Part shown: piece after piece, positions 38,579 through 51,069 of the stretch
Layout: each line of letters opens with the position of its first letter
How positions within the stretch are numbered: the first letter of the stretch is position 1
From: Nymphaea colorata
Lineage: Eukaryota
Assembly (NCBI RefSeq): GCF_008831285.2
Contig: NC_045138.2
Location: forward strand, 42,904,001-42,968,000
Direction of reading: 5' to 3'
Length of the DNA: 64,000 nt
The notes under the pieces: generated by a model
Told to the model about the DNA's origin: nothing
Database searches by the model: none
Seen by the model: the letters and a program-made list of their open reading frames with translations, nothing else
Program-made: the position numbers and the translations under genes

Positions 38579-41500
38579 TATAGACACCCCAAATTTTTAT
38601 TCTCTGAAATGACCATTTTAGCCATCTTAATGGAAATTTTTCTGCTAATGTTCTTAAACATCTTTCTAACACAAAGACCAAAAGCCTCACAGACTCAAAT
38701 TTTATAATTCAAATGCCAAGCGGCTGGACCAAGACCACCAGGAAAGTAACCATTTTGTCCCTAAACACCCTTCATTTTGCCCAAGCATTGTCCAATTTTC
38801 ATGTAATCAATCTAGAAATCTTGATATTTATGATTTACCAATTCAAATATGAAAATTCCCCTATTTTCAAATCAACAGGAGCTTTCACAATACATTTTCT
38901 ACCGAAACATCTACTAATCTCACCAGCTTCATTTTCAAATCTTTTTCAGTATCAATAAACTATTTTCAGTAAAACCCTCAATTCTAAAAGCAAATTTATG
39001 TTAGAAACCTTTCATTTTACTCCATTTCAGCTTAAATGAGCTCACAGGCTTAGTGATTTGCATAAATCTTAGCAATGACACTAATTTAGTATCAATGGAG
39101 TTAATATTAAGGTTTTCTTAGTGCTAGGAGAGAATTTTTGAATTTATCTTCCTCCCACTCAATCAAATTTGAGATCTAGAGATTTGTCCTAACATCAAGG
39201 TCACTCCCTCTCCTTCATTTTGAGTGTCTCAGCTAAAATTCTCTCAATCAAGGGGTACTTAGCCTGTGCCAAGCTAGCAACCTATTCTTTAGTGTTAGAG
39301 CGGCCTATCTTTAGCTCAATTCAGATTAATTTATTTGAAATCAAGCTAATTTTCCATTTGCAGTCATTTCTCCTACACGTCTGGAGCTCTTAGTGACAAC
39401 TCAAACTTCTAAGCTGAAATTCTCACAGTCTAGAATTCAAATTGGTAATTTTCTCGCAGCTTTATCATAAGAAAAATCTCAATAGAGTATTGCTTAGCTT
39501 TAGTTTGAATAGAGTACTTCCATATCATACAATTCATCATTGTCGTAGAGTGCACTATCTTGTCTGAATCCAGACATTATCACTTGTGGCTTCAGAGCTA
39601 AATTCTGATCAGTATGGGATTTTGATTTTTAACCTGAGCACACCGATGGATTCAAAATAACTTGAAGAGATTATTAGTGCATTCATTTCTGATGAACAAA
39701 CTCAGAATCATTGTATCCTCTTTTGTCCTCCATATTTTTGTTTACACCTTGGTTAATTTTGAAAATTTTAATTTTTCAGGGGCAAATCAAGTAATTTTCC
39801 CATGAAATTTCATGTCAGCACATATTTTGGCATTGTCTATGATTCTGCATGGTCTAATGTCCACCCTAACTCATAGAACCTAGTTTTTGCATCAAGGGCA
39901 AAACTACCTTTTGGCAGAATGTGCATCATTTTCATATGTTCTGAAGTTAGGAACCATATAAACCTAAAACATTTCATATGTCAAACCTAAGCCCAGTATG
40001 TCTCACATAGAGTCTGAACCTACCTTGAACCTTGCCTGAAATGAGTCAATTCAGTTTAACCAAAAATTGAATCCAGTTGAACGTAAGCCTAGTTTGGACC
40101 TACGTTCAACCTAGACCAGACTCAGAGCATGCCCAAGTCAACAACATAGCATTGAGCTTGAACCCATTCAACCCAAGATGAACCAAGATCTTGTGCCTAG
40201 ATCTCAGATCCTGAATTTAAACTCCAAATTTGCAATATGACTTTGTAATATGCAATTTTTCATATCTGAGTCTCATATCTAATATCCAATATCACTTTTC
40301 TTGATCCATGGCATGATATAACCTCCGATCTAAATCCAAATCCATAGTTAGAATTTAGATCAGAATCTAGGTCAAGCATCATATCTTCAATCTAGAGCTC
40401 TAAACTGATCCATCTTGAACCAGATTGATCTTGGCCGTCCATTTTAGGGCTGGCCAAGGTTCTTCATCATTTTCCAAAGGAAAGCCCCAGGAGTGCTACC
40501 ATCATTCCTATTTTCTTCGAAGTCAAATAAAAAATGAATATCATTTGATAAAATGTGGGCCCTTGAGTATATTTTTAGCAAATCTCAATTGTGGATCTAC
40601 TCACACCTCATCAATCTAAGTTTTTGAGTTTTTTAGTTTCTAGTTGGTTATATTTCACTACAACCTAGCCAAAATCAATATAAAAGGTGAGTTCTCTCCT
40701 TTCTCTCTCTTAATTTACTTAGTTTTTTTTCTTGATTTTTCTAGGGATTTGGATGTGGACCAGCAAGTAGAAAGAATAAAAGAAGAGGAAAAGAGGAAGT
40801 ACAAAAGAAGAAAAAACAAAAGAGAAGAAGAAATAAGGAAAAGGCATGTTTCCCTCTCTCTTTCTCTCTCTCTCTCTCCCCCCTTCGCATGGAGCCCTTA
40901 TTCCCCTTCTTCCATATCCCTTTCTTCATTAGTTTTCTATTTTCTCAAGTAAAACACAATGCACGTGCACATGCATGTAATTCTCCATTTTCATTCGTAT
41001 GTATTTCCTTTGCTTGATTTGATTTGTGTTTAATTTATTTACATATTTAGTTGTTATTTTATTTACTTTTCATTTGATTCCAATGTAATTAGCTGATTGA
41101 TTCACGTGGTTAATGTTGTCACATTTGAGGACTTTCATCAAGATCTAGTTTAAAATATGTTAAATTTCAAGTTAAGAGAAAATTAGACTTGATGACATGA
41201 GACTGATTTTCACTTAACTTCAAATGACTATATCCCTCAAAACAGAGATCATTTTCTCAATCTATCAAAACTCATGTTCGGGCATGTGTCTAGTTCATGT
41301 CTACCAAGGTTCAAGCATTTTGTTATGATTTAACCCTTCTACACATCGTTTTCCAAAACTGGTTTTTTTGTCTCAGGTTTCTGACAAAACTAAGTTTTGG
41401 AAATTTTTTACAATAATTTATATCAATCCATAAATTAAAAGTTTTCTTTATGTGTCTAGTTTCTTCACCTATAATTTCATATTGATTTGCCCCCTCAATG

Positions 41501-43093
41501 AAATGTTTTGTTCGGATCTATCTTCTGCAACTTTTTGCAGAACTATGTAGAAAACAAAATTTCTGCTCAAATTTGCACATAATTTATTTTCTGTATCCTT
41601 ACTCTTTTCGAGTTATTTCTCATTCCTTAGTTTCTCTAGCACTTCATAAGTACACCCTCAATTTTTCAGCCAAAATTAAGTTTTCTATCCCTTTCAAATA
41701 GGATCATAAAGTCGAGTGCTTGAACATTTTACTAAAAAAAATTGATTTTTAATAAATTTGCCTATTTCTCATTTTAATGTTTGAAGTTATTTCTCAAATC
41801 TGCAAGTTTATATAGATTTTATAATATGTAGAGAATCTATATATCAAATTTTAGACCAAGGTCTGGTTTGTAATCCTACTTTACATCTCCTTGAAATTCA
41901 TGTAGAAACTATTTTAATAACTTAATCTTTTATGCAAAATTCATGTTTTTCAAGTTACTAGATCAATTTGTTCGATGAAAAACTCTCTAATGTTTGGGCA
42001 TTTTCTTATGATTTCAAGTTCAATAGATTCTATGATGTATGGAGAGTCTGCAGATGAAATTTTATGTTAAGCCATACAAATTTGACATATTTTTCATGTT
42101 GGTAAAGTTCATGATTTGAACTATTTTCTACTTTTCTACCTGATGTTTTTCTATAGATAACTGTTTAATAGTCCGGGTTTTTTAGTTTTTGACTATAAAA
42201 GCTTTTTAAAAAATTTCAAATGTCGTTGAAAGCTTGATATACATTTGAGTGAGTATACCAAGTTTTGTTATCATTGAATATCATTACATCTAATTTTGTA
42301 CTCATGCAACATAAATTATTAAATTGTTTTACTGTTTTCTGGTACTTAGTCAAATTTTAGAATTTGTCAACAAGTTGTCAATTTTGTGACAATTTTGCAG
42401 ATAAAAAACTTTTTCATCTCTTTTTATTTTTCAGATATATAAAGTCCTAATGATTCTTTGTTATGCAAAGAATCTACAGTCTAAATTTCAAGTGAATCCA
42501 AATTGTTTTGCTAGGTTTTGAGTAATGCAAAATTTATAGCAATAAAATTGTTTTTTGCTTTGTTTTCTACAGAAAATCTATTTTCTACACTGGCTTTATT
42601 GTTTAATATATTTTGGTAGAAAGTAGATTTCTTTTGGACTTATCACTTGAAACTAGTTATCAGATATGTGGAGATTCTCCACCCGAAATTTCATGAAATT
42701 TAAGGATCATTATCTTACTTTTTAGGACCAATCAAATTAGTTGCTTTGAGTAAGTTGCAGTTTTCTAGGATTTGGCCAAATTTTCTTTTTCCACCTACTT
42801 AGGGATCTTCTATCTGATTTTTGGATTTTTAATGAATTATATTTATTTTCCTTTATGGTAAAACTCCAAATTAACATAATTAATAATGTAAATCATCATT
42901 TTAAGGTCTGCAAATGTATTTGCTTTATTAATTGTATTCATGCATCATTAAATGTGCATTATTTCAAAATACTATATTTGAATTTCAGTAGATGAATTTA
43001 GGATTTTGAATGAGTCTACAACAATAGACCCTTCTCATTAAGCTTGGTTTATCAAGTGAAAGCCCTAATTTCAATCTGAATTCCATATCATTC

Positions 43094-43159
<66 letters not shown>

Positions 43160-44465
43160 ATATATATATATGGGTGTGTCTTGCTCGTTTTTATTTTCAT
43201 TAATGTGCTTCACTATGCAGATTCATATAGTTTGCTTTCGTAATGCATCCCTTCATTACAAAAATACACATAGATTTATGTTTCATATTAATGAAGTTAA
43301 CATCATCAGCTATATACATGCGGCAATATCCCTTGTATATACTTGATTTAAGTTGATTATATGAAAATACAGATTTAAAAGTCATACTTTTCATATGCAT
43401 ATTCTTAAATTGGCCTATTTCAAACTGGCATTTCTGAAAACCTAGATTCATTCATGATTGAGATCTAATCCTTAGCATCAAACTTGCCTAGAAACATAGT
43501 TTTCTATCACTATCTCAACCAAGACATGATTCTTAGTCCACAATCATGTGCCTGGACCTAACCTATGACAAAACCTTAAGTTAAACCTAAAGTTTAGTTA
43601 GGTTAAAGCAAAACCTTAGCAAGGTTAAACCCAAACCCAGTTAGGTTGCACGTGTGGATCTTGGATCTAAATCTAAATGAATTAGATTTAAATATTGAAT
43701 TTGTGATCAAATACAAGATTAGATTTGAATTTGATAAGGCCTATATGATTTAGATCAAAAAAATTGGATTGTTGAACCTAGATCATATAAGAATTAGATT
43801 CTATATTTGCAATTATATCAATATTTTTGGATTGGATCTTATGTAATTCAGGTCAAGGCTTCAGACCTCAGACCTTTATCCAAAACCCTGAATCCCTAAA
43901 CTCTAGGATTGGATCATTAAATTTATCTTGGATTTGGATCATGAACTTTGAATCAAGAATCATTTGTGAATTGGATCAACTCTTAGTTAGGATTTGAGCT
44001 CAAGCCCTATTTAGGACAACCTAAGTCCAAATCGTGAATCTGGATCAATCACTCGATATTTGGATGATCTATAGTTGATAAACTCAAATTTGAATTTTGA
44101 TTTAAGATTTTCCTAGGTACATGTTCTAAACTTAGAAGCCACATGTCAATTATGTATTCAATCTAATTTTGCATATATTCAATTTAGATCTTGGAATTAA
44201 CCCTTGCATGGATCTATGATGGCATGAATCATGAACTATGTCACTTGATTCCAGCATTTTATTTCACGCTCTCAATATCTGACGATCCACTTAGTTTTTT
44301 AAAATTCTTGCATTTAGATTTGACAGCAACCACTTTTTGAGACCTGAAATACTTAGCCTAGTCCTTGATTTGATTACCACTATTAAAGGTAGCATGGACA
44401 GTTATATCACATACCAATGAGTTGAGTCATGACATAAAAGATTGCAAAGTTTTGCATAGACAATA
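38579..44465 (+). repeat. 3' LTR (~5.9 kb)
   Basis: Direct repeat of 18285-23603 with decayed termini (TATAGACACC...CATAGACAATA). It carries ~640 bp (about 42835-43470) absent from the 5' copy. Confidence 0.85.
43094..43171. repeat. Compound microsatellite (TA)n(TG)n(TA)n
   Basis: Read directly from the sequence. Confidence 0.97.
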
Positions 44466-44469
44466 GAAA

Positions 44470-46520
44470 GGTGCAGAACTGATGTTCGCTCAACTCAAAT
44501 TGCCTCGAACTGGGTGCATCCGCTTGGGTTTGGCCCCATGCTCTTGATCTTAGTCATCCTGGTGCACTACTACATTAACCTCCTACTGAGGTTCAGACCG
44601 GCTTGCCTGTATGATGCAGACTGAGGGTCTAGAAGAGCATGGGCCCTTATTGAGATCTGCATCAAGTCCTCCCTTGTGGGATTGGTTTTGTCTTCATTTT
44701 CATAAGTCTGACCCATGTCTTCTTGATCCCATTGAACCAAGATATGCAAACTGATGTGCTCTCTCTATAGTGATCCTCCTCACTTTCATGATTTGGATCG
44801 GCATGGGTGAAGATTCATCCCGTGGAGCATCGACTTCTTCAGATGAAGACCGACCATGGAAAGACATAAGTCGAGATGCATGAAAGACTGGATGGACTTG
44901 AGACTGTGTAGGTAAACCCAAGATATAGGCTGCCTTTCCTATCTAGTTTAATTACCATGAGAGCGGGGTAAGGCTTCAACAAAATCCATAAAAATGTCCA
45001 CCCAGGCTTTTTTTTGGGTCTAGGCAATGAGGATAGATGGCCTTGTGGTTTGGTACCCTCATATTTATACTACTAGTAAGGTACACACTCCCTAACAATA
45101 TTCTTGACGATTGATTTCATGTTCTTCTAGGAAAAGGACTCTAAGGTATTTCAAGTTCTTCTGGACACCTTCATGTTTAGCTAAGGGTGTAGTGGTTGTT
45201 GTCTAACAGTTATGGAATTAAATAGACTAGTAGGCAGCCAAATTCTACCCTTATAGTGAACAATCTTATTGCTAGATGTGTCACTGGGACATGCCAAGGG
45301 GTCTGTTTGCAGCTTTGACCCTATTGAGGGGTCTTCATGTAGATTTCGGTCAATCACTATTTTTGGCCATAGGTCCACAAGAACCTTGGATAACATTGGG
45401 ATTGCTCCATCACCATCATGCAGGCTGACCGGCAGCTAGGTTACAGCTAAGGGAGCTGCCCTTCACTTGGGTTGAGATGGTAGCAGCCGAGACTCAGGCT
45501 GGTGTGAGGGATTGCATCCATGGCTGCCACTACACTGTGGCTTATGTAAAGAGGGACGGATGCGTGCTGGGTGTTGTCGGTAGCAGCTAGCTAGGGGCTG
45601 CCAGCCACACTTAATGAGTGGTTGGTTGAGGTTAACTAAGAGCTGATTTGACGAGTAGGCTTCGTAGCAAGGACATCCAGTAGATCACGGTGGAAAGCCA
45701 AGAGTTGGAGAACAAGATTGCGGCTGGCTGGTGTCGGGCGTGAAGGCATAGTCGGTGGTGATCAGCTGGCTGATCTAGGGCCAGTCGTGAGTGCTTCGCC
45801 TAGATGTAACCTCAGTGAGTAGATCTAGGGGTGCAGGAGAAGCAAGGAAGATACAAATCACAGCCATGGGCAGACATAATCAAACCATCGAGAAAGGAGA
45901 CACATCTCACCCACACCCGACAGCCAGATAGTGCCCATGACTTGTTTTCCTAATCAGTGAACTAGTCAGGGCCTTGGATCAATTGGTGAAATAGTTAGAA
46001 TGAATTCTTCCATTGATTAAATGAATGAAAAATGGAAATTACAGATGCTTTAAGGCCTGCATCATAATATAGAAAAGAAACTCAAAATTCAAAATAAAGA
46101 AGCCTATTGGCTAACATTGATTGACGTCTCAAATCTTTGCCTCCTATTGGTGGATATGGGCTGGGTGGCAAGCTAAGGGGATCTGATCTTTGCCTTCTGT
46201 TGGAGGTGCAAGCAAAGGAAGGGGCCCAGAGCAGTGAGCTGGCACCCAAGTGGCAGTGATTTGGCATCTCGAAAAGGCAAGTCTGGCATGGAGTCCATGA
46301 TGAAAGCATGTGTCCTCCAATAATAATGTGGTGAGCTGGGCAAACTTAACCACGTAGGTCGTATGCTGATCGGGCAGGGTAGGAAGGAAGTTGCGTCACA
46401 TCCGTTGGCACAGGTTTACTTGGCGCATGGGTCCCATGTTGACTTTACTGCCTACGTGGATGTTGACCAGGTGCATGTGCTGGCTAGATTTAGTCTCTAC
46501 TTACTGAACCAAGTTGCATG
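44470..46520 (-). mobile_element. Internally deleted chromovirus-type Ty3/gypsy remnant (INT pieces plus chromodomain)
   Basis: - strand HYKGRIWLP, WVDIFMDFVEALPRSHG, LPTQSQVHPVFHASRL and a chromodomain-like PIQIMKVR...; then EDK.., a PPT-like AAGGGAGGACT and LTR start TGATGC at 44664. Confidence 0.8.
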
Positions 46521-46529
46521 TTGGGTGCC

Positions 46530-47840
46530 TTGATTAAAATCTTGCTAAAAAATTCCACTCAGATTGCTCTAAAATCAAAAATAAATTTCTACTAAGCCAT
46601 ATATGTCAAATTTACATTGAGAAATCAAGGAGGAAATAAAAGATTGATTTTTTAACCACCATCTTAGGAGACTTTGCATTAGAACACTCAGTTTTTACAT
46701 GTTCATTTTTCAGAATCTTTTCACCTACATGTCTTGGTCACCATGCTACTAAGTATCTTCCATGGTTAGACCAACCTTGAGATAGGGCAACCCTCCTTGC
46801 TAGTACTTCTAGGATCAATAACCTAGATTATACCTGCAAGTAACCAGAGTTTGAATCCAAATTTCGGGACCCCATGGAGGAATACATGCCAACTGTGGGC
46901 TCCACCCAAGTACATAGTCATGACATGATTTAGACATCAAGTGATGTGAGCGCTATTTCACTAGTCATAGGGTCCCAACTCCTATTTTCAAATCTTGCAT
47001 ACTAGAGCTTTTAGGTCCATATTTCCATGTGTACATGTGTGCATGTAATGTGTATTCTGTTTGGCTTCTTGCTAGCCATTTTATGTCTCCCCTTGCTTTA
47101 AGGATTGTCTATATCTAAGCCAGTTGAAACCTATTACACTATTTTAAACCAACTATTTGGTTGACTTATCTCCAATTACCTTATCATCAAGCTGGTCATC
47201 AACCTCTACCTGATATTCATCCCTTCATGGTTTCATTGTTTCTGTTCACTAAGCTTTCTCTCTTACTCCAAAAAAAATACTCAAAACTAGGTCCTCTGCA
47301 GTTCCTACCCTGCAGCACCATTTTGTAAAAGGCTATTTGTTTAAATCTTTGTGTTGCATAACGCCATTTTGTCTAGTCCTTCAACACATCTTCTTGTAAT
47401 GGGGCATTCTATCAAGAGACCTTGTTGTCTTTCCTTTTGAAAACAAGGTTGTATTACTCTTGTCATGCATTTATGCAGAACTTAGGTCATCACTGCATGG
47501 TTGATGGTCTATCTTATTCAAGAGATTTATTTAAATATAAGACCACTTTTAATTTCAAAACCTGCATTTTTGTAAATAGATCACACTTGATTTAATAATG
47601 CATCATATAGAATTGGGGCAATTATTGCATGATCTATGATGATCAGAGATGAATAAGGTTACTATTATTCAAGATCCCTTAACACAAATGATTTGTAAAA
47701 TGAGAGCATATTTACTTTAATCTTGCATTGCATTTAAATGACATTCAGCTTCAGAAATAGGTAGACAGGTAGAGTCTAGTACTTGGTTCAGTTACCCCTG
47801 GTAAAGATGTCAGGAATGGTCGAACCTCATCGTACAATGG
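46530..47840 (+). repeat. Degenerate Ogre-like LTR 3' fragment
   Basis: Contains the conserved LTR-end motif at ~47778-47840 and is followed by a PMD remnant. Confidence 0.45.
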
Positions 47841-47849
47841 TATAGTGAT

Positions 47850-48715
47850 TTGTCTAACATGTTCTCTCAAGCCTTCCCAGAAAAATTGAATAAATTTGTT
47901 TTGGAAGCCACAACTCTGATTGATTTTAAATCTATAAATAACAACTTAACTCACGCAATTGCTAAAAGATTGCTAATAAATTTGGTTTGGAAGGCACATT
48001 TGGGTGTCCTTGGGCAAAAATGACCATCTTGATAGATGAGTACTCAACTGTTATGTGATTACCCGTTCCCCCAAGAGAGGCATCTGATTCACTTGAGGAC
48101 CATTTTTTCATCAACTTTGATAAGAATCAATTTAAAGAAATGTTCTTTAATATCACTAGGGTTGGATCTTGGGATGTCAAAAAAGATGGAAAATATAAAC
48201 TTATCAGTGTAGTTGAGATCTTTAGATACTTTGCAATAGGGATTTATCTAAACTTTCCAAATTCTCATGTGAAAAGATTCAATGAACCATGGTGCTCTGT
48301 ACATTGGTTTGGCACTTTTCTTCAATGGGGATGCAACCATGGATGAAAGGGCTGTACAACTCTTTAGGAGGTGGGCTAATAACAATAGTCATATGCAATC
48401 AGTAAGAATGGCCACTTGGGCTATTTCAATCAAGGATTAACAACGTACATAGTCAACGTCTCCAATAGCGTTGAAGTATGAGTCTAGGTCTACAAGAATG
48501 TTTCTTTTGTCATGTATTCTGACATGCCAATCATTTCCTCCATGCAGGAGAAGAATTTTTCATTCTTGAGGAGTACAGAGATTTGATTCATAAATTACCA
48601 AAACATGAAATACCATGGGATGTTTATGATAGAAGCATCACCGAACCAAGATTTGGTTATGAAAAGGGAGACACAGCAATTATTCTGGGACCTTTTTTGA
48701 GCATTAACTACTCTC
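47850..48715 (+). pseudogene. PMD remnant (+ strand)
   Basis: NLTHAIAKRL...FGCPWAKMTILIDE; DVKKDGKYKLISVVEIFRYFAIG; ILWDPF-like end. Homologous to 48720-49780. Confidence 0.7.
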
Positions 48716-48719
48716 TAGA

Positions 48720-49780
48720 GTAATTGGTGGGTTGGCATGTGCAGGGTTTGCCTAGGAAATACTTCATGCTAAAGAAAGGATCCCAGAATGATGGCTCCTT
48801 CACTTATGCCATGTGAATCTTGGTTTGGTGATGATTCATAAATATCATACTTATAAAGAGTCAAAGCTTCTTTTCTTGTGTGTAAAAAGCAATTCATGTT
48901 TGGGAATACATGTTGAAAGAACCATACTTATAGTGACATAAGACATCCTTCAACAATATTAGAGACTTTGAAAACATATTTTGTTAGTTCATGTTTGAGG
49001 AAAGGCAGTGCTGCCATTGCTACTAATTGCCTATGACTGTTGTTGTTACCCCACCTCTTAAAAGTGTTGAATGGTTCTAACATATATGGTTGCTTCCCCA
49101 ATGAAGAAAAGGATAAAACCAAGGATGCAGAAGACCATGGCTCGTTGAATATTTTCACACATAAATTTGGAACATTTAGACAAATCCCTATTGCCAAAGC
49201 ATCTAAAGATCTCAGCTACATTGATGTGCTCATATTTTCCAACTTTCTTGATATCCTTGACTGACTGCAATAATATTAAAGAACATCTCACTAATATTCT
49301 GATTCTTACCAAAGTTGATGAGAAATTAGTCATGAAGCAAATTGGATGCCTCTCCTAGAGAGTAGGTAATTCTATAACAATTTAAAACTAGCAAGATGGT
49401 CATTTCTCCCCAAGGAAACCAAAAAGTGTTTGATAGTGGGTTCCATCTTTCAAAAATTGCTTGAATTAAGTTCCCATTTATAGAATTAAAACCAGTTGAA
49501 TAGATAACAAGTTGCCTTTGATGGGTCCTGTAAGGGAGAGTAACCTCAATCCTAATATGAGACTTGGAGATGGTGACTAGAAAAGGGAGATAGGAAATGG
49601 TTAGATGCTGATGAGATAAAGGATCAAAAAAGATACATGGGCAACGAGAGTGACTTGACCAGATGTCCAGGTTGCTTAACTTCATGGTCTTAACAAAGCA
49701 TGTAGGATGCAGATCTTGAAAATTGGGCTTGGTATTCCAATTAAAAAGTACTAAATAAGGTTCAAAACTTTGATATTCCA
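48720..49780 (-). pseudogene. PMD remnant (- strand)
   Basis: NLIQAIFERWNPLSNTFWFPWGEMTILL (ORF 49326-49781) and RAMVFCILGFILF (ORF 49058-49333), both classical PMD motifs. Confidence 0.88.
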
Positions 49781-50049
49781 ATCATGGTATGCCTATATAC
49801 CAAGGTATTTCCAATAGTACTTGGCATACAATTTATCCAAAGGTGCACTAGGTTTTTTGATTAAAAGTTCTAGTGACTTGCTGATATATTTCAAGTTATT
49901 TGACATCATAAATATTGGTAAGAATGCTTACCCTATGCCAAGATTGGTCCAGCCATGGAGGATATCATTGTTGGATGAGAAATGAGAAATTCATGATTGA
50001 GAAACACAACTCTATCCAACCAAAACTCACAATTATAGAACTTAGCATA

Positions 50050-50860
50050 CAGGTTCCCTAAGATTCTACAACACCAGCTGCAAATGCACATTTGTGATCT
50101 TCCTCACTTTCCAAGTACACCAAAATGTCATCAATAAAGACAATAAAAAACACATTGAGATATTGGTGGAAATTTGATTCATCAAACCCATGAAAGCTGC
50201 TGGAGCATTGGTCAACCCAAATGGCATTAGTCTAGTATATTGAGTCCTAAAAGCAATTTGGAATGTCAAAATCATTGATCTTCTATTGCTAGTACCTAGA
50301 TATGATGTGTATCTTTGAAAATACTCTAGCAGACTTCAATTGGTTGAATAGATCATCTGTATGGGCAATGGGTACTTTCTCTTAATGGCAACTTGGTTAA
50401 GCATCCTGTAATCAATGCATAGCCTCATTGAACCATCTTTCTTCTTGACAAAAAGTATTGATCCACTTGAAGGTGATAACACTCGATCTAATAAATCCCT
50501 TGTCTAATAGTTATTGTAGTTGTTTCTTAAGCTCCTCCAACTCCATAGGTGCCATCTAATGTGGTGCTTTAAAAATTGGAGTTGTACTCAGTGGTAACTC
50601 AATCTCAAAATCTAAATTCCACTAAGGTTGTAATTTTGGACACACCTAAAAGTTCCATCACTATCAACTCTTGGTCTATCTCCCCATTTCTATTATATAT
50701 GGTAAAACATAAACTAGAATTAACTGACATCCTTGAGCTAAACACCTCCTTGCCTTCATTGCTGATAACATCTTGATAGACTTGAATGATTTTCCAGTGT
50801 GAAACTCAATCTGTTGGTTGGTCAGGTGATGAAAAGTGAATTAAACTTTTTCTGGACAAA
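50050..50860 (-). pseudogene. Chromovirus (Tekay/Del-like) protease end and reverse transcriptase fragment
   Basis: [72 protein letters not shown]. Confidence 0.92.
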
Positions 50861-51069
50861 ACTCTGAGAATTGCCTATCAATTGAACAATTAGGATAACT
50901 CTTACCTTTACAGAACCATAGTAGTCATTAGAGTCAACCTATTGGTTGGTCGGGTGATGAAAAGTGAATTAAACTTTTTCTGGACAAAACTCTGAGAATT
51001 GCCTATCAATTGAACAATTAGGATAACTCTTACCTTTACAGAACCATAGTAGACATTAGAGTCAACCTA
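50814..51069. repeat. Near-perfect 128 bp tandem duplication
   Basis: 50814-50941 equals 50942-51069 except for 2 substitutions seen. Confidence 0.95.

Larger units (their letters stand above)
18285..44465 (+). mobile_element. Ogre-like giant Ty3/gypsy element (~26 kb including nested insertion), defective and possibly chimeric
   Basis: LTR, PBS-like TGGCATCC, PMD ORF, RT/RH/aRH/INT, long 3' region with tandem arrays, PPT, LTR. No TSD found; gag/PR not found. Confidence 0.75.

Noticed and set aside
18280..44470. Target-site duplication for the giant element
   Set aside because: The flanking 5-mers GCAAT and GAAAG do not match.
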